A DNA stretch of 41,501 nucleotides from positions 1 to 41,501 of IMG/VR virus record IMGVR_UViG_3300033463_000341; one strand, written 5' to 3'. This DNA is from a virus. The position numbers and the translations under genes were made by a program. How positions within the stretch are numbered: position 1 is the stretch's first letter; every line of letters starts with the position of its first letter. This document shows, in pieces, positions 23,748-31,289 of this stretch. The notes beneath the pieces are model-generated. The model saw only the letters and a program-made list of their open reading frames with translations, was not told the origin of the DNA and did not search any database.

Positions 23748-23774
23748 TAAGTTCTTAAAAAAGGCAAGTGGGAT

Positions 23775-23939
23775 TTATTTATGTTTTTTTAATACATTAA
23801 TATTTTCTTCATATTTGTTAGGGTCTAGAAACTTGTTGATATTAATCATTAATTCTACTTTATCGGTTTCAACTAAATCCATTTTACTTAAAAAGTGTGT
23901 TAAATAATCCCTTACTTTAATTAACGTGTCTTTTTCCAT
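23775..23939 (-). CDS. Hypothetical protein (54 aa)
   Basis: The track ORF starts at 23960 with no SD. The internal ATG at 23939 (MEKDTLIKV) has AGGAAA upstream and reduces the overlap with the upstream gene. Confidence 0.5.
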   Translation of the reverse strand: MEKDTLIKVRDYLTHFLSKMDLVETDKVELMININKFLDPNKYEENINVLKKHK

Positions 23940-24130
23940 TCGTTTTCCTGCTCTTTCCATAATTTGTTTTCTAATTGTTTGTATCTTATTTCTAATGTTC
24001 TTGTTGCACGTTTGTATTGTTCTCTTTCATAAGGTGTTGGATTATTGTCTAATTCGTTGCTAATAAAGTCTAGTTTATTATTAATATCTTCCATTTCTAT
24101 TTGTAACATTAGATTTTCTAATTCAGTCAT
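23921..24130 (-). CDS. Hypothetical coiled-coil protein (69 aa)
   Basis: The ORF abuts the upstream HNH gene stop. Confidence 0.6.
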   Translation of the reverse strand: MTELENLMLQIEMEDINNKLDFISNELDNNPTPYEREQYKRATRTLEIRYKQLENKLWKEQENEWKKTR

Positions 24131-24517
24131 TTAATACCATCTCCTTAAATACTTTTCTTTAATTAAAATCTTACCTTTTGAATTAAGCTCATCTGCATTG
24201 TGATATTCAAAATCTTGTAGCATAAACTCAATGGCTTCCCTTTGTTCTATATCAGGCTCGTGTAATTGTCTATTTATTATCATAAACTCTTTATTTAATA
24301 AATCATAAATATGTTTATCTCTATCTTCAATAATGTGTAAATAATTATGTGCAAAATCCATGAGCAAAGCTCCATTTGATATTTCTTTTCTTCCACCATC
24401 TACTCGTTTTACAATGTGATGAAATGTTAAATCTTTCTTAACTATTTTATAATTTAACCAGTCTAAATCACTATATGGCTTGTATATATGTAACATAGCT
24501 CTTGTTATTTCTTTCAT
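24131..24517 (-). CDS. HNH endonuclease (terminase-associated type)
   Basis: 128 aa. LTFHHIVKRVDGGRKEISNGALLMDFAHNYLH contains the H-N-H core. HNH proteins near terminase genes are common in cos-type phages. Confidence 0.7.
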   Translation of the reverse strand: MKEITRAMLHIYKPYSDLDWLNYKIVKKDLTFHHIVKRVDGGRKEISNGALLMDFAHNYLHIIEDRDKHIYDLLNKEFMIINRQLHEPDIEQREAIEFMLQDFEYHNADELNSKGKILIKEKYLRRWY

Positions 24518-24916
24518 TTATTTACCTCCTATTTTTGTTTTTCTTCTAGGTTTGCATAACCCATTTTTCCATGCATGTATCAAATTTTCACTATAAGTAC
24601 ACCACTCTAAATTATTTACATTGTTATTCAATTTATTTCCATCTTTATGATTAACACAAGGCTTGTTTTCTGAATTTGGTATAAAAGTTTCTGCCACAAG
24701 TCTATTAACTCTATGTAATTTCTTTTTACTATTTTTACATAATGTTGCTTCTAAATAACCACTTTTATTTATAAAGAAAGACATATTTCTGCCTTTAACT
24801 ATTCTTTTTGAATTATGTTTAGCATTTACTATTCTATCTTTACTTTTTATATTTCCATAATTAGATATTTCATATAAACTTTCATAATCTTTTATTGGTT
24901 TCCATTCTTCTTCCAT
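24518..24916 (-). CDS. HNH homing endonuclease (NUMOD4 + HNH_3 type)
   Basis: EWKPIKDYESLYEISNYGNIKS (NUMOD4-like) and VNHKDGNKLNNNVNNLEW (HNH). Paralogous to 29530..30072. Confidence 0.8.
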   Translation of the reverse strand: MEEEWKPIKDYESLYEISNYGNIKSKDRIVNAKHNSKRIVKGRNMSFFINKSGYLEATLCKNSKKKLHRVNRLVAETFIPNSENKPCVNHKDGNKLNNNVNNLEWCTYSENLIHAWKNGLCKPRRKTKIGGK

Positions 24917-24923
24917 ATAACAC

Positions 24924-25487
24924 CTACTTATTTTTCAATTCTTTTATTCTTTTTTCTAACTTTTTCTTTTCTTCTTCTAATTCCTCTAATTCACTCCACA
25001 TTTTCCAAGTATTTCCTTCACGAGATAGTTTACAAATGTGTCCATAGAAATCAGGAACTAAATATATACCTGTTTCCCAAGCACACACTTCTTTACATTT
25101 TGTTTTTATCCAACCATCTTTACCACGATATAACATAATAGGTTTACCAACATATTTTTCTTCTAATTTATCATCTATAATTTGTTGCTTATATTTTTCT
25201 TCAATTTCTTTTTCTTTTGCATATTTTTCTTTTCTTTTATTTTGCTGTTTAATATATTCATTTACTACATTAGTTGCTTTCTTTTTGCTAAAAAACAATT
25301 CATAATTATAATAATAATCTTCATTTGCATTATAATATAATCTATAATAATCATTTATATATAGGGTTGTATCGAATTTTAATGATTTTATAACAATTTC
25401 TTTAAGTTCGTGATGACAAGCATATCTATCCCCTACATCATAAAGAACATCATTTAATGATAATTGATTTAATTTTACTTTTATCAT
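24924..25487 (-). CDS. Hypothetical protein (187 aa)
   Basis: ORF with a Lys/Glu-rich coiled-coil middle and C-terminus. No motif recognised. Confidence 0.65.
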   Translation of the reverse strand: MIKVKLNQLSLNDVLYDVGDRYACHHELKEIVIKSLKFDTTLYINDYYRLYYNANEDYYYNYELFFSKKKATNVVNEYIKQQNKRKEKYAKEKEIEEKYKQQIIDDKLEEKYVGKPIMLYRGKDGWIKTKCKEVCAWETGIYLVPDFYGHICKLSREGNTWKMWSELEELEEEKKKLEKRIKELKNK

Positions 25488-25696
25488 TCTTCATCACCAC
25501 CTATTAAATGTAATATATAAGCCCAATAACCATTTTCTCTCCATATTTCTATATCATCATTTTCTTGTAATTTTAATATATATTCTTCTATATTACATAA
25601 CTTTTCACTCATTTCATATAACCATTCCAATTTAGTTTGTTCATCTAATTTATCAAATACTTCTTCTTTATATTCTTTTAATGTTCTATGTTGCAT
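25484..25696 (-). CDS. Hypothetical protein (70 aa)
   Basis: ORF with a 4-nt overlap onto the next gene. Confidence 0.6.
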   Translation of the reverse strand: MQHRTLKEYKEEVFDKLDEQTKLEWLYEMSEKLCNIEEYILKLQENDDIEIWRENGYWAYILHLIGGDEE

Positions 25697-26275
25697 TTAT
25701 TCATCACCACCTGTTAAGATGTTTAATAAATGTTCATAATCTATATTGTCACTATAACCTAATTCTTCTCCTGTATATTCATTAGTTGTTTTTTCTTTTA
25801 TATATTCTATTGCTTTATCTATTCTTGATTTGTAAAGCATTTCATTCCATCTTGCTTTATCTACTACTTTATCATTATGTATAGCATTTTCTATTAATTT
25901 ATTGTTTTTAATATGATAATTCATTAAACTTTCTTTTAATTCTTTTACATATTCTTTATATTGTTTATTTTCTTGTTCTAGGTTTGTTATTTTTGTTTTT
26001 TGATTTAAACAATGCTTTTGTAAATCATCTATTGTTGACTTATATTCATCGCCTAATTTAACAATTATGTTATTTTTGGCTTTTTCCATTTCATAATCGG
26101 CGACAGCATTTTCATATTTTTTCTCTAGGTTTGTTATGTAATCCATAGTATATTTTAATTTATCTCTATGTATTTCTACCGTTTTATCATTATTTTCATA
26201 ACACCAAGATAAAAATTGTTTCCACTCTTTAAATAATTCTTGCATATCAAATGTTTCTTTTATTTCATTATTCAT
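25697..26275 (-). CDS. Hypothetical coiled-coil protein (192 aa)
   Basis: ORF in the operon context. No motif recognised. Confidence 0.65.
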   Translation of the reverse strand: MNNEIKETFDMQELFKEWKQFLSWCYENNDKTVEIHRDKLKYTMDYITNLEKKYENAVADYEMEKAKNNIIVKLGDEYKSTIDDLQKHCLNQKTKITNLEQENKQYKEYVKELKESLMNYHIKNNKLIENAIHNDKVVDKARWNEMLYKSRIDKAIEYIKEKTTNEYTGEELGYSDNIDYEHLLNILTGGDE

Positions 26276-26504
26276 AAAATTCTATTTCCTTTCCACAACA
26301 TCTACATTTCCAATATGTTTTCCATATTTTATGATTTTCTATTATTTCTTCTTTCACTGTTTTTTTAGTAATTACAGGTATATTTTCTATTTTGTTGTGC
26401 AATTCGTAATTATGTTTATTATGTTTACATAACCATTTACTTTTAAAATGTGAAAAATTACAATTTATTATTTTATGTATATTATATGTTTTATCTATTG
26501 TCAT
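26268..26504 (-). CDS. Cys/His-rich small protein (possible zinc ribbon)
   Basis: 78 aa with C15, H19, C26, H28 and a C-terminal CRCCGKE. Confidence 0.6.
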   Translation of the reverse strand: MTIDKTYNIHKIINCNFSHFKSKWLCKHNKHNYELHNKIENIPVITKKTVKEEIIENHKIWKTYWKCRCCGKEIEFYE

Positions 26505-26741
26505 TTACTCATCACTTACATTTTCTACTAAATCTGCTTGTATTAGGTCATATAATGTATTTTCTCCATCTGCATACAAGTAATAATAGTCCATACTCCA
26601 CCAAGGTCTAGTTGTAATAAATATTTTATTACTATCATCAATATACCCATATATATTGTCCATACTAAACATAGAATAGCCTTTTTTAATATTATATTTT
26701 TCTAATTCTTTTAAATCTACATTATCTTTTATCTTTAACAT
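26505..26741 (-). CDS. Hypothetical protein (78 aa)
   Basis: The ORF abuts its neighbours. Confidence 0.6.
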   Translation of the reverse strand: MLKIKDNVDLKELEKYNIKKGYSMFSMDNIYGYIDDSNKIFITTRPWWSMDYYYLYADGENTLYDLIQADLVENVSDE

Positions 26742-26756
26742 TATTACTCACCTACC

Positions 26757-26903
26757 TTAATCATCAAATGGCATTTTATAATCAGGTTTAACAACTAATG
26801 TGCCATTTTCTAAACTTATGTCAGCATTACACCAACCTTTGCCATCTTTTATAATAACTGGTATATGGTGTTTTAAATATTCTATTATTTCTTCTACATT
26901 CAT
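26757..26903 (-). CDS. Hypothetical protein (48 aa, found by hand)
   Basis: MNVEEIIEYLKHHIPVIIKDGKGWCNADISLENGTLVVKPDYKMPFDD. RBS GGTGAGTAATAATG. It fills an otherwise empty 165-nt gap. Confidence 0.5.
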   Translation of the reverse strand: MNVEEIIEYLKHHIPVIIKDGKGWCNADISLENGTLVVKPDYKMPFDD

Positions 26904-26905
26904 TA

Positions 26906-27355
26906 TTACTCACCTTTGCTTTCTATTTTAGGTTTCTTTCTAGCAATAGGTTTTACTTGCTCTTTAATAGCATTATTTACTTCCTCTTTAGTTTCCTTTA
27001 TTACTTCTTTTTTTAATTCTAAAAGTATTTTACTATTATTTACAATGCTATCACTTATACATTCTTTTAAATCAATACTATCAAATATTTCTTCTAATTG
27101 TTTTAATTCAAGTATTCTTCTTTTTATATCTACTTGTAATTGAGATACAAATATTTCTTTAGCAATTCTATGTGCTTCATCATTAAAATCAAATTCAACA
27201 GCACCCGAATACCAACAATCAGTAAAATATACTTTACCATCATCTATTAAAACATAGTTTCTATCTTGTTTATCTTGGCTTGATTTATCTTTTAAACTAA
27301 TGGCATAAATCATTTTTCCATTTCTTATTATCATTTTTTCATTATATTTTCTCAT
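26906..27355 (-). CDS. Hypothetical protein (149 aa)
   Basis: The start at 27355 (MRKYNEK) has AAAGGAGAATAAAT upstream. The track start at 27382 lacks an SD. Confidence 0.6.
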   Translation of the reverse strand: MRKYNEKMIIRNGKMIYAISLKDKSSQDKQDRNYVLIDDGKVYFTDCWYSGAVEFDFNDEAHRIAKEIFVSQLQVDIKRRILELKQLEEIFDSIDLKECISDSIVNNSKILLELKKEVIKETKEEVNNAIKEQVKPIARKKPKIESKGE

Positions 27356-27596
27356 ATTTATTCTCCTTTTCAAAATCTTCATAATTTTTGTTTAAAGGCT
27401 TTTCACCATATTCCCAGTATTCTTCTTTACTTTCATCATATTTATATATATGTATTTCTGGTTTACATTGATAATCGGCAACTTTATTATTTTCATCACA
27501 AAATCTAATAATAGTTTGTAATTCTTTATCATCTAATTCCATTACAAATTCAGTATGGTCATCACAGCCTACATTTGCTATTAAATATTTATTCAT
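27342..27596 (-). CDS. Hypothetical protein (84 aa)
   Basis: Likely start is MNKYLIANVGCDDHT at 27596 (AGGTG upstream). The start is uncertain; the track start is 27644. Confidence 0.5.
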   Translation of the reverse strand: MNKYLIANVGCDDHTEFVMELDDKELQTIIRFCDENNKVADYQCKPEIHIYKYDESKEEYWEYGEKPLNKNYEDFEKENKYEKI

Positions 27597-27618
27597 AAAT
27601 CTATTTACACCTGACTTT

Positions 27619-27942
27619 CTATTCTTGTGGCATTTCATATACATAAGTTGATAACTGCTCTAATCGTGCATCGGCATTACAATCCATTAATACCATACCA
27701 TTTTCCTCATAAGGCTTACTTAATTTGATAGATTTTGAATTTATTATACATTTAGGCATTAATATACTTTGTATCTCATTTAACACTTCTAATGCTCTTT
27801 CACTTGATTTATATTCGCCTAATGGTCCATCGTGGTCTTCAATAGTAGTCGGTTTTGCATTACATATCCATACATTAGATACTTTAGATAAACTTTGTAT
27901 TATATTTTTATTGCCTTTTTGACTTCTAATCCATAATTCCAT
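27619..27942 (-). CDS. Hypothetical protein (107 aa)
   Basis: ORF directly downstream of rtcB. No motif recognised. Confidence 0.6.
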   Translation of the reverse strand: MELWIRSQKGNKNIIQSLSKVSNVWICNAKPTTIEDHDGPLGEYKSSERALEVLNEIQSILMPKCIINSKSIKLSKPYEENGMVLMDCNADARLEQLSTYVYEMPQE

Positions 27943-27965
27943 ATTATTTCACTTCGCTTTCTAAA

Positions 27966-29165
27966 TTATTCACTTGCTTTAAAGTTGTATATTGGTTTAA
28001 TTATTTTTTCAACCTCAACAGTATCTTTAATGTGTTCAATTATTTCTTCCATTGGTTTATATACCATAGGAGCTTCATCTATTGTTTCTTCATTTACTGA
28101 TGTTGTATAAATACCATTCATAGAATTTTTATAATCTTCCATATTTAAAGTTTGTCTTGCAATGTTTCTTGACATTGTTCTTCCTGCTCCGTGTGGTGCT
28201 GAATAATTCCAATCTTCATTGCCTTTCCCAATTCCTATAATGCAACCATCTCTCATATTCATAGGTATAATTACTTTTTCACCTTTTCTAGCGGATATTG
28301 CGCCTTTGCGAACTATATTATCTTCAAAATTAATATAGTTATGAATACATTGAAAGTATGGAACACTATCTAAGCCACCAAACCCCATATTGTATAAAAT
28401 AATGTTTGCTATACTACTTCTATTTACCACAGCAAAATTTTGACATTTTTTCATATCGTGTAAATATTCTTTTCTATCTTTACCTTCCAAATAACACAAA
28501 TCTTTAGGTAGTTTTGTTTTGCCGTTATATTTATTATTTATATCAATTAATGCTTGTTGTATTTCTTTTTCTTTGCCTTGTTCTTTATATTCTTTAATTA
28601 TTCTATTTTTTTCTTCTTGCATTTCCATTTTATAAGAACAATATTCTATTGCTTTATTTTGATATATTTCAGCAACTTGTTTTCCTAAATTTCTTGAACC
28701 TGTATGAATAACTAAATATTTATTATTTTCATCATCAGCATCAATTTCAATAAAATGATTACCGCCACCTAAAGTTCCTAATGACTTTTCTAACCAATTA
28801 TCTTTATTTTTTAACTCTTTGTAACAATATAAATCTTTAAAATCAACATCATTTTTATTTTCTTGATGTACATTCATTCCACTAGGTATATATTTCCTTA
28901 TGATTTCATCTAATTTATCAAAATCAATATCAATATTACCTAATTCAACACATAACATTCCACAACCAATATCTACACCAACTATATTTGGTATTACTTT
29001 ATCGCCTAAATTACCTGTAAAACCAATTACACAACCTGCTCCTGCGTGAACATCAGGCATAATTCTTACTTTACAATTTTTAAATGCTTCTTGTTCTAAT
29101 AATAAGTCTATTTGTTCTTTAGCACTTTGTTCTATATTGTTTGTAAATATTTTTAAATCTTTCAT
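27966..29165 (-). CDS. rtcB: RtcB-family RNA ligase (3'-phosphate/5'-hydroxyl)
   Basis: 399 aa with the full RtcB motif set: MPDVHAGAGCVIG, GGGNHFIEI, HTGSRNLG, CIHNY and SAPHGAGR. Confidence 0.92.
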   Translation of the reverse strand: MKDLKIFTNNIEQSAKEQIDLLLEQEAFKNCKVRIMPDVHAGAGCVIGFTGNLGDKVIPNIVGVDIGCGMLCVELGNIDIDFDKLDEIIRKYIPSGMNVHQENKNDVDFKDLYCYKELKNKDNWLEKSLGTLGGGNHFIEIDADDENNKYLVIHTGSRNLGKQVAEIYQNKAIEYCSYKMEMQEEKNRIIKEYKEQGKEKEIQQALIDINNKYNGKTKLPKDLCYLEGKDRKEYLHDMKKCQNFAVVNRSSIANIILYNMGFGGLDSVPYFQCIHNYINFEDNIVRKGAISARKGEKVIIPMNMRDGCIIGIGKGNEDWNYSAPHGAGRTMSRNIARQTLNMEDYKNSMNGIYTTSVNEETIDEAPMVYKPMEEIIEHIKDTVEVEKIIKPIYNFKASE

Positions 29166-29168
29166 CTC

Positions 29169-29552
29169 TTATTCATCTCCTTTGCTTTTAAGATAATCTA
29201 TTATTTCATTTTGCTTTAATTCTATTTTTTTAAGCATTTTATGTAAATTATGTTCATCAATATTATTGTCTTTAAGTAACGATTGTAGTTCATCATAAAT
29301 ATCTAATTTTTCAGGTATTTTCTTTTCTTCTTCTAGGATTTCTACTTCATTGTCTAAAATATTAAAAGCTTCATAATCAACACAAGATGATAAATAACCA
29401 TACAATTCAGTTTTTTCATCATAACATCTATAATCTATTACAGTTTCTTGTTCAAAATATTCATAAATAAAATCTTTATATTTAATTTTTTTTGGCACTT
29501 CTTCTCCATTTGCTATTTTATTTAATAAATCAATTACACGAATTGTTTTCAT
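29169..29552 (-). CDS. Hypothetical acidic protein (127 aa)
   Basis: RBS TGGAGGTTTGTAGATG inside the 3' end of the HNH gene. Confidence 0.6.
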   Translation of the reverse strand: MKTIRVIDLLNKIANGEEVPKKIKYKDFIYEYFEQETVIDYRCYDEKTELYGYLSSCVDYEAFNILDNEVEILEEEKKIPEKLDIYDELQSLLKDNNIDEHNLHKMLKKIELKQNEIIDYLKSKGDE

Positions 29553-30072
29553 CTACAAACCTCCATATATAACCATTAGCAGTTTTTCTTTTACCATTAC
29601 AACACATATTTATATTACTAGCACTATAACCTAATTCATAATAAGGTGAATAACTGCTATTCCATATTCTTATTAATTCACCACTATGTTTATCTAATTG
29701 TTTTATCTTTCTAGGTTTTAATCTAGGTCTTTTTAATTTTAATCTATATGCTTCACTTTCGTTATAACCATAATCACACCATTCTAAATTGTCTAATGAA
29801 TTATTTAACTTATTCCCATCTTTGTGATTTATACAAGGTAAATTATTAGGGTTAGGAATAAATGCTTGTGCTAATAACTTATGTATTGTTCTACTATACA
29901 CTTTTCCACAATTCATAAGATTAACTATTTTATAACCTTTATTAGAAATAGAACCTTTTAAAATAATTTCTTTTGTACCTTTAAAAGTATTTGTACTTTT
30001 TACTTCACCATTACGATTTATATAATAACCTTCAAAATTTCTAATAGGTTTCCACTCATCTATTATTTTCAT
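29530..30072 (-). CDS. HNH homing endonuclease (NUMOD4 + HNH_3 type), free-standing with its own promoter
   Basis: The start at 30072 (MKIIDEWKPIRNFEGYYINRNGEVKS) has AGGAGGTATAAAATG. HNH core is INHKDGNKLNNSLDNLEW. The track's 18-codon extension covers the promoter. Confidence 0.8.
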   Translation of the reverse strand: MKIIDEWKPIRNFEGYYINRNGEVKSTNTFKGTKEIILKGSISNKGYKIVNLMNCGKVYSRTIHKLLAQAFIPNPNNLPCINHKDGNKLNNSLDNLEWCDYGYNESEAYRLKLKRPRLKPRKIKQLDKHSGELIRIWNSSYSPYYELGYSASNINMCCNGKRKTANGYIWRFVDENNSCN

Positions 30073-30096
30073 TTTATACCTCCTCTTGTTAATACT

Positions 30097-30126
30097 ATTA
30101 TAATACTTATTTAATACTATTGTCAA
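30097..30126 (-). promoter_or_regulatory. Sigma-A-type promoter (class I): TTGACA-N18-TATAAT
   Basis: The minus strand reads AAAAAAGTATTGACA ATAGTATTAAATAAGTAT TATAAT. The -35 element overlaps the stop of 30123..30575. Confidence 0.6.
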
Positions 30127-30575
30127 TACTTTTTTGATAATAATTCAATTATTTTTTTACCCATGTCTTTTTTAGGGCATACAATAAAACGAATATCATA
30201 TTTTTTCTTCATAGTTACCATTATTTTTAATAAAGTAGAACCTTTAACCTTTGTATGAACTGATGACCAATTTTTAATATCTTCAGCAGATTTTATTTTG
30301 TTATCTTGTATAAGAAATATAAAGTTGCTGCAACCTAATTCTTTGGCTTTTGCTATTTCTCTTTTAATACGCTCATGTTCACTAGTTCTGCAAAGATTAC
30401 CACTTAATTCAAGCAATCCGTCTTTCTTGTCTATAATTGTGTCAAAATTTTTATAAAGCATATAATCACCTGCATCAAGTTTTGAAATGATGTAATCTTG
30501 ATTAACTTTATCAAAATATTCAAGTATTTTCTTATTGCCTTTTTCACGAGTGTCTACAATTATTAAATTGTTCAT
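30123..30575 (-). CDS. ERCC4/XPF-Mus81-type nuclease (possible junction resolvase)
   Basis: 150 aa with IIVDTRE, LDAGDYML and IIDKKDGLLELSGNL, corresponding to the VDxRE / GDY / ERKxxxDL motifs of ERCC4 domains. Confidence 0.6.
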   Translation of the reverse strand: MNNLIIVDTREKGNKKILEYFDKVNQDYIISKLDAGDYMLYKNFDTIIDKKDGLLELSGNLCRTSEHERIKREIAKAKELGCSNFIFLIQDNKIKSAEDIKNWSSVHTKVKGSTLLKIMVTMKKKYDIRFIVCPKKDMGKKIIELLSKKY

Positions 30576-31006
30576 AATAGCTCCTTAAACATTTCATCTG
30601 CATTTGCATATATCTTATCTACTTTATTTCTGAATTCACTAACTTCTATATTTCTAACAAATAATTCATTAGCTAATTCATAAACTTTATCAATTATATA
30701 TTTATTTTTTTTATTTTCATCATATAAATAAATAAGTTGTTGCTCATAAGTATTATATAAACTAGGAAAACCATAATGTTGTGTAATCCATATTATATAC
30801 TCTATTATTCTATATTTATTTTTAGAAATAGAATACATAATATTAATATCTAATGAGCCAAATTTTTTATAAACAGCTTTAAAAAATATAAATATCTTTT
30901 TATGTTTTATAAAATGTTTATCTTCTAATTTAGTAGTATCTAATAATTCGGGTTTTCTTAAAAAACAACCTAAAATAGATAATTCTAAATCATTATACTT
31001 ATCCAT
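30572..31006 (-). CDS. DnaB N-terminal-domain-like protein
   Basis: ELSILGCFLRKPELLDTTKLEDKHFIKHKKIFIFFKAV resembles the DnaB N-domain signature. Only 144 aa, with no ATPase domain. Confidence 0.55.
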   Translation of the reverse strand: MDKYNDLELSILGCFLRKPELLDTTKLEDKHFIKHKKIFIFFKAVYKKFGSLDINIMYSISKNKYRIIEYIIWITQHYGFPSLYNTYEQQLIYLYDENKKNKYIIDKVYELANELFVRNIEVSEFRNKVDKIYANADEMFKELL

Positions 31007-31289
31007 AAATACCTCCTATAATATAAAAACTTACATAAAACTTACATAAAACTTGCATAAAACTTACATATTTTATATAGTTTTACCCTTATATTTATTA
31101 GTGTTCTTACAAAACTTACATTTTTTTCTATATACACAACATATAGAAAATTTATATTTTTATATTTTTTTCTATATATATGTGTATATACCAAAATTAT
31201 GTAAGTTTGTAAGTTTTTGTTATTTTATAAGGGCAAACTCACATTTTTTTGGTAAGTTTTATGTTATTTTGATGTAAGTTAAACTTACA
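31007..31289. other. Candidate replication origin: two iteron sets flanking an AT-rich core
   Basis: At least 11 copies of the core ACTTACA / TGTAAGT. Direct copies lie at 31029, 31040, 31051 (variant), 31062, 31114 and 31283. Inverted copies lie at 31200, 31208, 31251 (variant) and 31273. The AT-rich core at 31122-31198 carries the palindrome TTTCTATAT-ACACAAC-ATATAGAAA. The region begins at the stop codon of the helicase gene. Confidence 0.6.
31026..31069. repeat. Four tandem 11-bp repeats AAAACTT(A/G)CAT
   Basis: Read directly: aaaacttacat aaaacttacat aaaacttgcat aaaacttacat. The 11-bp period is about one helical turn. Confidence 0.9.

Noticed and set aside
31026-31069. Possible CRISPR mini-array
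   Set aside because: The repeats are only 11 bp and directly abutting, with no spacers. Additional inverted copies flank an AT-rich core, which is iteron architecture.
31053-31277. Plus-strand ORF 31053..31277 across the iteron region
   Set aside because: It is composed of the iterons and the AT-rich core themselves (FYI/LYF repeats). The region is better explained as a replication origin.
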